Shown here: positions 1 to 7,701 of the stretch, in pieces | Position numbering within the stretch: the first letter of the stretch is position 1 | How the letters are laid out: each line of letters begins with the position of its first letter | Virus record (IMG/VR): IMGVR_UViG_3300018422_000002 | Coordinates: 1-64,000 of that record | Length of the DNA: 64,000 nt | Direction: 5' to 3' (one strand) | Source of the DNA: a virus | Translations under genes and position numbers: made by a program | Notes under the pieces: generated by a model | What the model saw: the letters and a program-made list of their open reading frames with translations, nothing else | Told to the model about the DNA's origin: nothing | The model's database searches: none

Positions 1-4
1 CGAC

Positions 5-376
5 CTAGTCACCGGGACCGTTCCCGGTGGTGGCGACGTCGTCGGCCGCCTGGGCCGCGTCGTTCGCCGCGAGCACCCAGTCGTCGACGAGCTGGAACGC
101 CACCTGCCGCGTGGCGTTCGGCGCGTTCACGCGGTCGAGCAGTGCGGTGAGCTGAGCGGGCCAGTCGTGAGGCAGCAGCGCGGGGATCGGCGCGGGCGGC
201 TCGTCGGACGCCGCACGAACCCAGCTGCCGACGAGCTGCTTGGCGCCCGTCAGGATGTGGTTTGGTGCGTTGAACTGACGCGCGTAGCCCTCGAGCAGGG
301 CCTCCCAGCCGCGCGGCAGGCGCGCGGAGACGAAGTCGGGGTCGGTACCGGTCTCCTGGTTCGTGACGTCGGTCAT
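5..376 (-). CDS. hypothetical protein with internal tandem duplication
   Basis: ORF 5..454 trimmed to ATG 376, which is preceded by AGGAGG. High G/C3. Two ~45-aa repeats (LP..W...L....NAPN....QLV..WV.AA.D). Confidence 0.6.
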   Translation of the reverse strand: MTDVTNQETGTDPDFVSARLPRGWEALLEGYARQFNAPNHILTGAKQLVGSWVRAASDEPPAPIPALLPHDWPAQLTALLDRVNAPNATRQVAFQLVDDWVLAANDAAQAADDVATTGNGPGD

Positions 377-420
377 GTGGTGATCCTCCTGGTGTCGTCG
401 GTCGTAACATCTTGATCGTT

Positions 421-489
421 CCGTCGCGTCGAGGCAACCGACGCGTCGTCGCACCCACTAACGGACGACGCGACCGTTCGACGCGACGG
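421..489 (-). terminator. long intergenic hairpin (possible terminator or regulatory stem-loop)
   Basis: Perfect 12-bp outer stem CCGTCGCGTCGA / TCGACGCGACGG plus an inner ~11-bp stem with one mismatch. Lies between two leftward genes. Confidence 0.4.
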
Positions 490-501
490 AACGTGGTCAG
501 T

Positions 502-783
502 CTAGCGGTCGTCGTCACCGGTCTCGGGACGAACACAGCAGCGGTCGCAGCCGTGAATCGACTCACCCCACGCCTCGTCCTCGCCGCGCGTCCGGCGGAC
601 GTAGTCGAGGTGATCCGGATCGGGGTGACCCACCCCGTGCGAGCACAGCCGCTCCATGAGCCGTCGGTCGGACCGCCAGTGCTGACGCCAACCGTACATG
701 TGATGATCGGACGGGTCGTGCACGCAGCACGGGTGACCGGCGCACGACGCGCGGTCGTGCACGTTGACGAGCATGCCTACCAC
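502..783 (-). CDS. Cys/His-rich hypothetical protein
   Basis: 93-aa ORF with high G/C3. GTG start 1 nt after the upstream stop. Many C/H residues (CAGHPCCVH...HGCDRCC). Confidence 0.5.
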   Translation of the reverse strand: MVGMLVNVHDRASCAGHPCCVHDPSDHHMYGWRQHWRSDRRLMERLCSHGVGHPDPDHLDYVRRTRGEDEAWGESIHGCDRCCVRPETGDDDR

Positions 784-784
784 G

Positions 785-1141
785 TCAGCTCTCCTCTCGT
801 CGTTCCCAATCCAGCAGCGCCAGCTCGGCGCCTCGCGACACGTGTAGCTGAACGGTCATGCCGTACAGCTCGGGACGCTGTACGCCGTACACGTAGGCAC
901 CACGCCAGAGCGACATCAGCGCGCGTGCGGACTCCATCGGACGCAGCGGCTGGAGTCCGGCGCGCGGTCCCGGGGTGAACATGGTGCGCCAGCGGTCGTC
1001 CGGTGCGTAGAGTCGCTGGAGGTACAGGTCACCGACGGTCAGTGCCCGTCGCAGCAGCGCCGCACGCAGCGGCGTGAGGTCGACGTCACGTCGTGTGTCG
1101 GCACGTGCCGTCCAGTGATGACTACGTATCATCACGCTCAT
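785..1141 (-). CDS. hypothetical protein
   Basis: ORF 785..1162 trimmed to ATG 1141, which is preceded by GGGAGG. Adjacent to the upstream stop at 1143. Confidence 0.6.
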   Translation of the reverse strand: MSVMIRSHHWTARADTRRDVDLTPLRAALLRRALTVGDLYLQRLYAPDDRWRTMFTPGPRAGLQPLRPMESARALMSLWRGAYVYGVQRPELYGMTVQLHVSRGAELALLDWERREES

Positions 1142-1142
1142 A

Positions 1143-1382
1143 CTACCTCCCGGTGGGGTCACGGGCGGTCAGCAGTCCACGCTCGAACCCGACGCGGACC
1201 GCCTCCGCCGCGTTGTGAACGTCGAGTCGCCGGTACACCCGCGACGCCTGCGTCTTGACGGTGTCGAGCGAGATGCCCAGCACGAGACCGATCTCCGCGT
1301 ACTCCAGGCCACGCGAGATCAGGTTCAGCACCTCGTGCTGACGCGGGGTCACCGGCAGCTCGCGAGGGTCGACGGCGGTCAC
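1143..1382 (-). CDS. LuxR/GerE-type HTH DNA-binding protein (HTH-only)
   Basis: 79 aa. LTPRQHEVLNLISRGLEYAEIGLVLGISLDTVKTQASRVYRRLDV matches the GerE/LuxR C-terminal HTH pattern. GTGA overlap with the upstream gene. Confidence 0.75.
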   Translation of the reverse strand: MTAVDPRELPVTPRQHEVLNLISRGLEYAEIGLVLGISLDTVKTQASRVYRRLDVHNAAEAVRVGFERGLLTARDPTGR

Positions 1383-1642
1383 GTTCGTTCCTCCAGCTGA
1401 CCGACGCGTGCGGCCAGCTCGTCCAGCGCGGAGTCCTCGACCGCGTCGAACGCGTCTAGGCGAACCCGCAGGTCGCTGACCTGGTCACGCAACTGGTCCA
1501 TACCACCGGCCAGCGCGTCGAGGGCGACGTGCAGTCGGTCGATCGCCGTCGCCTGTCGTCGCGTCGCACGATAGAGCAGTGAGCACAGACGACGGACCGC
1601 CAGTGGCACGTCGGCGAGCTTACCACGCGGCGACGGCGTCAT
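1379..1642 (-). CDS. coiled-coil hypothetical protein
   Basis: ORF 1379..1813 trimmed to ATG 1642, which overlaps the upstream stop (ATGA). Heptad-like, D/L/R-rich sequence. Confidence 0.6.
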   Translation of the reverse strand: MTPSPRGKLADVPLAVRRLCSLLYRATRRQATAIDRLHVALDALAGGMDQLRDQVSDLRVRLDAFDAVEDSALDELAARVGQLEERT

Positions 1643-2007
1643 AACAACTCCTCGATCGCCGTGGCGATCGCGGAGAACGACGGACGGTAGTCGTCGTTCA
1701 CGGTGGACAGCGACAGCTCCATTCGATCGTACGTGACGAGCGGGTCCAGCGCCGGTAGATCGGCCCAGTCGACGACCTCGCGGGGCAGAAAGTCGTCCAC
1801 ACCGGCGTACCACCGCGCGCCGAGCACGACGTCGTCGCTGACCTGTAGCTCGAGACCCGCACGCACCGCGACCTCACAGAGCACGCCCAGGCAGCAGTAG
1901 CCGTACGGCCGACCCTCCTCGTCGACACGCGTGAGCTTGCCGGTGGTCCGCGCGAACTCACCGGAGCGCAGCGCGGCGACCCACAGGTCACGTACCTCCC
2001 GTCTCAC
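1639..2007 (-). CDS. CCLGVLC-motif paralog 1 of 5 (unknown function)
   Basis: GTG 2007 overlaps the upstream stop (GTGA). Motifs WVAALRSGEF, CCLGVLCE, WADL, VNDD, FSAIATAIEELL. Confidence 0.75.
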   Translation of the reverse strand: MRREVRDLWVAALRSGEFARTTGKLTRVDEEGRPYGYCCLGVLCEVAVRAGLELQVSDDVVLGARWYAGVDDFLPREVVDWADLPALDPLVTYDRMELSLSTVNDDYRPSFSAIATAIEELL

Positions 2008-2378
2008 AGCTCCTCCTCGATCAGGGTGGCGATCACCGTGAACGTGCCCCGCTGGACACCGTATCCGTCGTTCCAGCCCGACAGCGGTAGACCTCGAACC
2101 CGAGGATCGGCTGCCCACGCATCGTCCTGCGGCAGCCCCGCCCACCGCACCACGGCGGGCGGCAGCTGACCGGTGTAGTCGCCCTCGTCGGGGTCTGCTA
2201 CCGACGTGTACGCGTTCGTCGCGAGGTCGAACGTCACGATCCCACGCTCGCGTGCCACCTCGCAGAGCACGCCTAGGCAGCAGAACTGACCCAGCGGCGA
2301 CCGCAGCTGCCCCCACCCCTGCGGGTAGTCGCCGGAGCGCAGCCGGCGCACCCACTCGTCCCGGACCGCCGGGTCCAT
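2004..2378 (-). CDS. CCLGVLC-motif paralog 2 of 5
   Basis: ATG 2378 lies 8 nt after the upstream stop. Motifs WVRRLRSGDYPQG, CCLGVLCE, WAGL, WNDG, FTVIATLIEEEL. Confidence 0.75.
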   Translation of the reverse strand: MDPAVRDEWVRRLRSGDYPQGWGQLRSPLGQFCCLGVLCEVARERGIVTFDLATNAYTSVADPDEGDYTGQLPPAVVRWAGLPQDDAWAADPRVRGLPLSGWNDGYGVQRGTFTVIATLIEEEL

Positions 2379-2386
2379 GCGCGTCG

Positions 2387-2743
2387 TCACAGGTGCCTCT
2401 CGATCAGGTGACTGATGTCGTCGAACGACGAACGCTCGGTGTCGTTCCACGTCGAGAGCAGCCGGCCACCTACCATCGGGTCACCGCTGGCCAGCCCCGC
2501 CCACTCCTTGACGTCGACCGGCAGCACGCCGTTGAGGCCGGTCTCGAGCTGCGTTGTGAGCCCGTAGAACAGCCCGTGACGGTACTCGGCCACGCCGTTG
2601 GCGGCGGCCAGCTCGCACAGCACCCCCAGGCAGCAGTGGTACGTGGTGCCGTCGGCGTCGTGACGTCGCAGTCGACCCTGGCCCTGCACGTACTCGCCGG
2701 AGCGGAGCGCGGCCAGCCAGCGGGCCTTCACGTCGGGGTTCAC
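2387..2743 (-). CDS. CCLGVLC-motif paralog 3 of 5
   Basis: GTG 2743 in a GTGA overlap. Motifs WLAALRSGEYVQG, CCLGVLCE, WAGL, WNDT, FDDISHLIERHL. Confidence 0.75.
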   Translation of the reverse strand: MNPDVKARWLAALRSGEYVQGQGRLRRHDADGTTYHCCLGVLCELAAANGVAEYRHGLFYGLTTQLETGLNGVLPVDVKEWAGLASGDPMVGGRLLSTWNDTERSSFDDISHLIERHL

Positions 2744-3144
2744 AGGTGCCTCCTGATCAGCTCGGCGATCTCGGCGAACGACCGACGCGAGTGCTCGGCT
2801 CCCACCGTCACGCTGCCGTCGTTGTGCGTCGCCAGATCGACGCTGGCCACGATGGGGTTGCCGTTCGGCAGACCGGCCCAGGTGACGACCGTGGGCGGCA
2901 GCTGCGTGGCGTAGCACTTGGCGGGAGTGATCCCCCGGTCGACGCCCACGTCGTGGTAGTAGTACCGGTCGAAGTCGAGCGTGCGGGCGATCACACCGTC
3001 CGCGTACGCCAGCTCGCACAGGACGCCGAGGCAGCAGTATCGGAACACGCCCGGTGCCACCTCACGCGCCAGCAGGTCCCGGCCCTGCGTGTACTCACCG
3101 GACGTCAGCGCGGCGAGCCACCGCGCCTTGACCTCGGGATTCAT
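2740..3144 (-). CDS. CCLGVLC-motif paralog 4 of 5
   Basis: ATG 3144. Motifs WLAALTSGEYTQG, CCLGVLCE, WAGL, HNDG, FAEIAELIRRHL. Longer central insert. Confidence 0.75.
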   Translation of the reverse strand: MNPEVKARWLAALTSGEYTQGRDLLAREVAPGVFRYCCLGVLCELAYADGVIARTLDFDRYYYHDVGVDRGITPAKCYATQLPPTVVTWAGLPNGNPIVASVDLATHNDGSVTVGAEHSRRSFAEIAELIRRHL

Positions 3145-3149
3145 CTCGG

Positions 3150-3635
3150 TCACAGGTACTCCTCGATCAGCCGCGCGATGGTATCGAAGTTCTCGGACGC
3201 GTGCGACGTGCCGTCCGCGAACGTGCTGTCCTCGCCGTCGTTCCACACGGTCAGTTCGACGCCGGCCACCACCGGACTGATCAGCGCGCCCTCGAGGCCG
3301 TCCTCGCGGACGACCAGGCCGGCCCAGCGCGCGACCGACCTCGGCAGCAGCGAGCTCTCCGGGTCCTCGTCCTTGTCGTCCTCGTCGTGATACGCGTACG
3401 TCGCGTGGTTACCGGCGGAGCCGACGACCTCGCGGGTCACCACGCCGTCACGGTACGCGAGGTCGCACAGTACGCCGAGGCAGCAGAAGCGTGGTGAGGT
3501 TCCATCGATCCCCGCGTCGTAGTGCAGCAGCTCGCGTCCCTGGACGTAGTCACCGGAGCGGAGCGCCGCGACCCAGCGCGTCTTGATCGCGGCGTTCATG
3601 CGGACGGCGGGTGGTTCGATCTGGGTAGTAGGCAC
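3150..3635 (-). CDS. CCLGVLC-motif paralog 5 of 5
   Basis: GTG 3635 lies 1 nt after the upstream stop (alternative ATG 3599). Motifs WVAALRSGDYVQG, CCLGVLCD, WAGL, WNDG, FDTIARLIEEYL. Acidic central insert. Confidence 0.75.
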   Translation of the reverse strand: MPTTQIEPPAVRMNAAIKTRWVAALRSGDYVQGRELLHYDAGIDGTSPRFCCLGVLCDLAYRDGVVTREVVGSAGNHATYAYHDEDDKDEDPESSLLPRSVARWAGLVVREDGLEGALISPVVAGVELTVWNDGEDSTFADGTSHASENFDTIARLIEEYL

Positions 3636-3636
3636 G

Positions 3637-3960
3637 CTACTCCTCGGTCGGTTCGGTCGGTAGTGGATCGGGCTCGCCGCCCGGCACCAAGAGAAGGTAC
3701 CGCGCGGCGAGCGCCACGTTCACGTCCGTGACGGTCACGAAGGTGACGTCGCGCTGGTCGTCCAGACGATCGTTCACGAGGACGCGCAGCGACGGTGCCG
3801 CCCGGTGCGCCAGCGGTCCGCGTCGGACCAGGTTGGGCGCGGCGAGCAGCGCCTGCCGGAGCGTGTGCTCCACCAGCGCGGACGCGTCGGTCGCCGTGGC
3901 GGCGTCGACGTCCGCGACCACGACGACGGCCACGCGGTGACGCGTCAGGTCGTCGGTCAC
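3637..3960 (-). CDS. hypothetical protein
   Basis: 107-aa ORF. GTG 3960 overlaps the upstream stop (GTGA). High G/C3. Confidence 0.6.
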   Translation of the reverse strand: MTDDLTRHRVAVVVVADVDAATATDASALVEHTLRQALLAAPNLVRRGPLAHRAAPSLRVLVNDRLDDQRDVTFVTVTDVNVALAARYLLLVPGGEPDPLPTEPTEE

Positions 3961-4169
3961 GGCTCGGCCCGCGCGGACTCGTCGGCGTCCAGCGGCACCG
4001 CGCCGTCGACGAGCGCGCGTCGCCGTGCCTGGACCAGCTCCAGCAGGTGCTCGCAGCCGTGGCCGTGGTCCGAGTCCTCGTCCGGGAACGCCTCGTGGAC
4101 CAGCACGGCCAGCTCGGTCAGCACCGTCAGCCGGAGGTGGTCCAGCAGCGGGTGGGGTTGCCTGGTCAC
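3957..4169 (-). CDS. hypothetical protein
   Basis: 70-aa ORF. GTG 4169 is preceded by GGAGAGG. Confidence 0.55.
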   Translation of the reverse strand: MTRQPHPLLDHLRLTVLTELAVLVHEAFPDEDSDHGHGCEHLLELVQARRRALVDGAVPLDADESARAEP

Positions 4170-4173
4170 GACG

Positions 4174-4323
4174 TCACCTCTCCAGCTCCCCGGGATCCGG
4201 CGGCGGCGTCGTGTGATCGCCGCCGATCGAGCACGTGCAGTCGTTGCTGTGCACGCCGTGCCGGTCGTACCACGTGTGGGTGTGCGTGTTCGACCCGAGG
4301 TCGCGGAACTCGTCCTCGCTCAC
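4174..4323 (-). CDS. small protein with DCTC..GG.HT motif
   Basis: 49-aa ORF, too short for the ORF track. GTG 4323 overlaps the stop of 4320..4706 (GTGA). Sequence VSEDEFRDLGSNTHTHTWYDRHGVHSNDCTCSIGGDHTTPPPDPGELER. Confidence 0.5.
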   Translation of the reverse strand: MSEDEFRDLGSNTHTHTWYDRHGVHSNDCTCSIGGDHTTPPPDPGELER

Positions 4324-4706
4324 GACGCCACGCACTCGAACTCGCGGTCCGACGCGGCGGCCTCACGTGCGCGGCGGTTCACCTCGTCGAACCAGAGGAG
4401 CTCGGACACGCGACCGGTGAACGCGGCACCCTCGGTGGGGCTGCCCAGGTGGTTACCGTACAGCCGGTCGAGGCCGAGCTCGTAGCCGCCGAACACCTGC
4501 GCCAGCAGGCAGCGGCGTGGGTCGGCCAGGTCAAGCGTGGCGCGGTCGACGCGCGTCCACCACGTCGGGTCGACGGCGTCCAGTCGGCGGGCGGCGAGCG
4601 CGACCAGGGCGCGTGTCCGGTCGTCGACGCGGGCCTGCAGGTAGCCTAGGCCGAGGAGGGTGGACGGTCGGTAGCGGGACGGTCGGCCCGTGAGTGAGGT
4701 TCGCAT
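4320..4706 (-). CDS. hypothetical protein, RLDAV..W.TRVD / RRC..QVFG.Y family (paralog a)
   Basis: 128 aa. ATG is preceded by GAAGGAG. Aligns with 4785..5162. Confidence 0.7.
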   Translation of the reverse strand: MRTSLTGRPSRYRPSTLLGLGYLQARVDDRTRALVALAARRLDAVDPTWWTRVDRATLDLADPRRCLLAQVFGGYELGLDRLYGNHLGSPTEGAAFTGRVSELLWFDEVNRRAREAAASDREFECVAS

Positions 4707-4784
4707 CGGTAGCTCCTTCGGTCGGTCAGCAGGTCGCGATCAGACTAGCCGTCGTCGGCACGTCGGTCGTGCTGATCACGTCGG

Positions 4785-5162
4785 TCACGCCGACGCGGTG
4801 ACCAGCAGCTCGCGCCACGACTCGACCGGGAACCCACCCAGGAACGCCGCGTCTCCGGGACCGTGTCCGATCGGACCGTACAGCTCGTCGACGCCCCGGC
4901 CGTAGTCACCAAACACCTGGCCGATCACGCACCGCCTGAGGTCGTCCATGTCCAGCCGATCCGGGTCGACGCGCGTCCGCCAGTCCGGGACCACGGCGTC
5001 CAGTCGGGCGACGGCGTCGGCGAGCAGCAGGTCGCAGACGGCGTTCGCGAGCCTCGCGTCCTCGTGGACGTCCGTGCAGGTGATACAGCAGAAGCGGCCG
5101 TCGTTCAGGTACGCGCGTGCGCGCTCCTCAAGGGTGGGAACCTCGGTGGTCGTCGTAGTCAC
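4785..5162 (-). CDS. hypothetical protein, RLDAV..W.TRVD / RRC..QVFG.Y family (paralog b)
   Basis: ORF 4785..5249 trimmed to GTG 5162, which is preceded by AGGAG and overlaps the upstream stop (GTGA). Confidence 0.7.
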   Translation of the reverse strand: MTTTTTEVPTLEERARAYLNDGRFCCITCTDVHEDARLANAVCDLLLADAVARLDAVVPDWRTRVDPDRLDMDDLRRCVIGQVFGDYGRGVDELYGPIGHGPGDAAFLGGFPVESWRELLVTASA

Positions 5163-5359
5163 GATGTCTCCTGGGTCGTGGGTCGTAGGAGCGTCGGGTC
5201 GGCGCTCCGGTAGACGGTCAGCGGCGCGCCCGGCGGCAGCCCGACGCACGCGCGGAGCAGCGCCTCGTCGGCGCTCCGCGTGACCGCCGCCGGAGACGGT
5301 GGCACGCGGACGCGCACGAACTCGACGACCACCGCCAGGCGGCCGGCACGCTGTGACAC
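5159..5359 (-). CDS. hypothetical protein
   Basis: 66-aa ORF. GTG is preceded by AGGAGAG. Confidence 0.5.
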   Translation of the reverse strand: MSQRAGRLAVVVEFVRVRVPPSPAAVTRSADEALLRACVGLPPGAPLTVYRSADPTLLRPTTQETS

Positions 5360-5369
5360 GGTATCTCTC

Positions 5370-5675
5370 CTAGCGGTCGCGGTCGCGGTTCAGGCCGGGC
5401 ACCGCGCCCGCGCGCGGCACTAGGTAGTCGTCGGCGTCGGCGCAGTCCCGTAGGTACGTGCCCTCGGCGCAGGTCGTCCCGGGAATCAGGTAGACCTCGT
5501 AGTCGCCGTCACCGTCCTTCACCTCGACCTTCACGCCGTTGCGGCCGGTCTCCACCTCGAGGATCTTGCCGTCCTCGTTCGGCAGACAGGCGGACGACAG
5601 ACCGCCTAGCACGACGGCCACGGCGGCCAGCGCGACGGCTCGGTACGTCCTCGTCGTCCTCGTCCTACTCATCAT
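5370..5675 (-). CDS. putative secreted protein or lipoprotein
   Basis: N-terminus is basic, then hydrophobic, then LSSAC (lipobox-like, not a perfect match). GAAGGAG upstream. ATGA overlap. Confidence 0.6.
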   Translation of the reverse strand: MMSRTRTTRTYRAVALAAVAVVLGGLSSACLPNEDGKILEVETGRNGVKVEVKDGDGDYEVYLIPGTTCAEGTYLRDCADADDYLVPRAGAVPGLNRDRDR

Positions 5676-5979
5676 AGCTCCTTCAGCTCTCGGTCGTGGG
5701 CCCCGCAGTCGCAGGGCCCGGGTCGTAGCGACGCGCAGGTGGACCGGTGCTGCGGCCCGCCGAGCGCGCCGCAGCGGAAGCCCAGCGCGACGGCGTGGGC
5801 GCGGTCGCGCGCGCCCAGGTCGGCGAACAGCACGCGGACGCGGTTCCTCACGGCGTTCTCGGACAGGCCGAGGTGACGGGCGATCCGCGCGTTCGTGTAG
5901 CCCTCGGCCAGCAGCTCCAGCACCTCGCGCAGCCGGTCGACGCGGCTCGGTGGGGGCGGACGTCGCGCGTTGGGCGTCG

Positions 5980-5983
<4 letters not shown>
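5672..5983 (-). CDS. LuxR/GerE-type HTH DNA-binding protein
   Basis: LREVLELLAEGYTNARIARHLGLSENAVRNRVRVLFADLG matches the GerE HTH pattern. GTGA overlap. Confidence 0.7.
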
Positions 5984-6219
<236 letters not shown>

Positions 6220-6235
6220 GGTCAGGTCTCCTCGG

Positions 6236-6757
6236 TTAGGCGGTAGGGGTGGTGGGAACGGTAGGGGCGACGGTGGTTCGGACGGCCCGCAGCGCGCGGA
6301 GCCCGTCGACGAGCTGCGCGGCGGCCAGCGGCCCGACGTCCGTCGCCAGGTCGACGATCACCCAGGACAGCGCGTCCGGCTGATCTACGTGGATACGTCT
6401 GGCGTACGCGTGACAGACGGCCCAGCTGGTACCAGACGGCCCGTCGCGTAGGTCGGCCCACGCCAGGTACGAACGGTCGGACGGCGGAGGCACGTCCAGC
6501 GCGGCCGGACGGAGGTGGTCGGCGGTCCGCAGCTCTAGGAGGTCGTTGTGCGTCGTCACGACGTCCCGGGCGAGCTCCTCCCAGACGGCGTAGAACATCG
6601 TGCGATCGCCCGCGTCCACGTCCTGCTCCGACGTCGGTCGATCCACGGTCGCGACCGCCCAGCCGCCGACCTCGTCGTCGCGGACGACGTACCAGGGGGC
6701 GGCGCGGAGCAGCGCGAGCTGCTCGCGGGCGAGGGCGGTCAGGTCGCTCGCGCTCAC
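6236..6757 (-). CDS. hypothetical protein
   Basis: ORF 6236..7060 trimmed to GTG 6757, which overlaps the stop of 6754..6999 (GTGA). Confidence 0.6.
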   Translation of the reverse strand: MSASDLTALAREQLALLRAAPWYVVRDDEVGGWAVATVDRPTSEQDVDAGDRTMFYAVWEELARDVVTTHNDLLELRTADHLRPAALDVPPPSDRSYLAWADLRDGPSGTSWAVCHAYARRIHVDQPDALSWVIVDLATDVGPLAAAQLVDGLRALRAVRTTVAPTVPTTPTA

Positions 6758-6999
6758 CGGCCATGCCTGCGGTTCTCGGCCTCGATCGCCTCGCGCCGCG
6801 ACCGCTCCAGGTCGGCGACGGCCGCGTCGGCGAGCCTCTGGGCGGCGGCGTCCGCCTTCGCCTTGCGCTCCGCCGCCTCGGCCTCCTGCTGGGCGGCACG
6901 TCGTCGTGCCACCTCGGCGTCGCGGGCCGCCTGCTCGGCGCGCTGGCGTTCCGCCGCCTCGCGCATCGCGGCGGCGAGTGGGTTCTCGTCCTTGGACAC
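6754..6999 (-). CDS. charged coiled-coil protein
   Basis: GTG 6999 is preceded by AGGAGG. A/E/R-rich helical sequence (REAAERQRAEQAARDAEVARRRAAQQEAEAAERKAKAD...). Confidence 0.6.
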   Translation of the reverse strand: MSKDENPLAAAMREAAERQRAEQAARDAEVARRRAAQQEAEAAERKAKADAAAQRLADAAVADLERSRREAIEAENRRHGR

Positions 7000-7028
7000 G
7001 GGTCCTCCTAGGTCGTCGGTCGGTCGGG

Positions 7029-7160
7029 TCAGGGACCGAGCAGGTCCTCGACGACGGCATCGGCGACGGCCTGGGCGGCCGTCTCGGCGGTCCAGCCCTC
7101 GTCGGTGGCGTCGTCGTCCTCGTCGCGGGACGACCGCAGTGGGTCGTGCGGCTGGGTCAT
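7029..7160 (-). CDS. small acidic hypothetical protein
   Basis: 43-aa ORF from an internal ATG of ORF 7029..7238. High G/C3, weak RBS. Confidence 0.4.
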   Translation of the reverse strand: MTQPHDPLRSSRDEDDDATDEGWTAETAAQAVADAVVEDLLGP

Positions 7161-7417
7161 CACGATGTGGTCTCTTCTCGTCCGGTCGTCGGTCGGTCGT
7201 AGCGTACGCCGGTCGGTCACCGGCGCGGTGACGCGCACGCCGGTCCGGCGACGCGCGTCCGCTCGTGTTCGAACGCGCGTCGCCGAACCTTCCTACGCCG
7301 TTCGACCGCCGCCACGCGGCGCACGAGGGGGCAGTGCGGCCCCGGTGCGCGGCGGGTCCGACCGGCGGTCGAACGACGTCGACGCTACCGGTCGACGTCA
7401 CGGTATCGGTGTCGCGC

Positions 7418-7609
7418 CTAGCCCAGCACGGTCAGCACGACGACGGCGAGGACGACGACCAGCGAGATCAGCGCGAGCAGCGTGCCGAGGCCGTCGTGTC
7501 TGATGCGCGGCTCGTCCGGGGGATCGGTGACGTCCCAGCCGGACGGCCGGACGTCGGGGCGGGTGGCCGGCTCGCGGTAGGCGCGGTGACGGCCGGGTGG
7601 TGTGGGCAT
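7418..7609 (-). CDS. small C-terminally anchored membrane protein
   Basis: ATG 7609 is preceded by GAGGAG. C-terminal hydrophobic helix LGTLLALISLVVVLAVVVLTVLG. Confidence 0.5.
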   Translation of the reverse strand: MPTPPGRHRAYREPATRPDVRPSGWDVTDPPDEPRIRHDGLGTLLALISLVVVLAVVVLTVLG

Positions 7610-7701
7610 CGGTCGGAGGCTCCTCGGTAGGTCCACGGCGTCGGTCGGTGACCGGTCCAGACTAGCGGTCGGGAGCACGGACCCGGTGCGGCGGTAGGCC
7701 G

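Noticed and set aside
1639-2355. Long N-terminal extensions of the tandem paralogs in the ORF track (1639-2355, 2387-3019, 2740-3246)
   Set aside because: The extensions overlap the preceding paralog in another frame and are Arg/Gly-rich. The conserved domain starts at GTG/ATG codons that overlap or abut the upstream stop.
4166-4366. 66-aa minus ORF from the track
   Set aside because: The translation is Arg-rich. A different frame gives a 49-aa protein (4174-4323) that starts in a GTGA overlap with the upstream stop and carries the DCTC..GG.HT motif shared with two other genes.
7161-7417. Coding potential in the gap between 7160 and 7418
   Set aside because: Only the Arg-rich N-terminal extension of ORF 6754-7401 covers it, and its G/C3 bias is weaker than in real genes here. 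It is treated as non-coding with GTCGAC-containing repeats.
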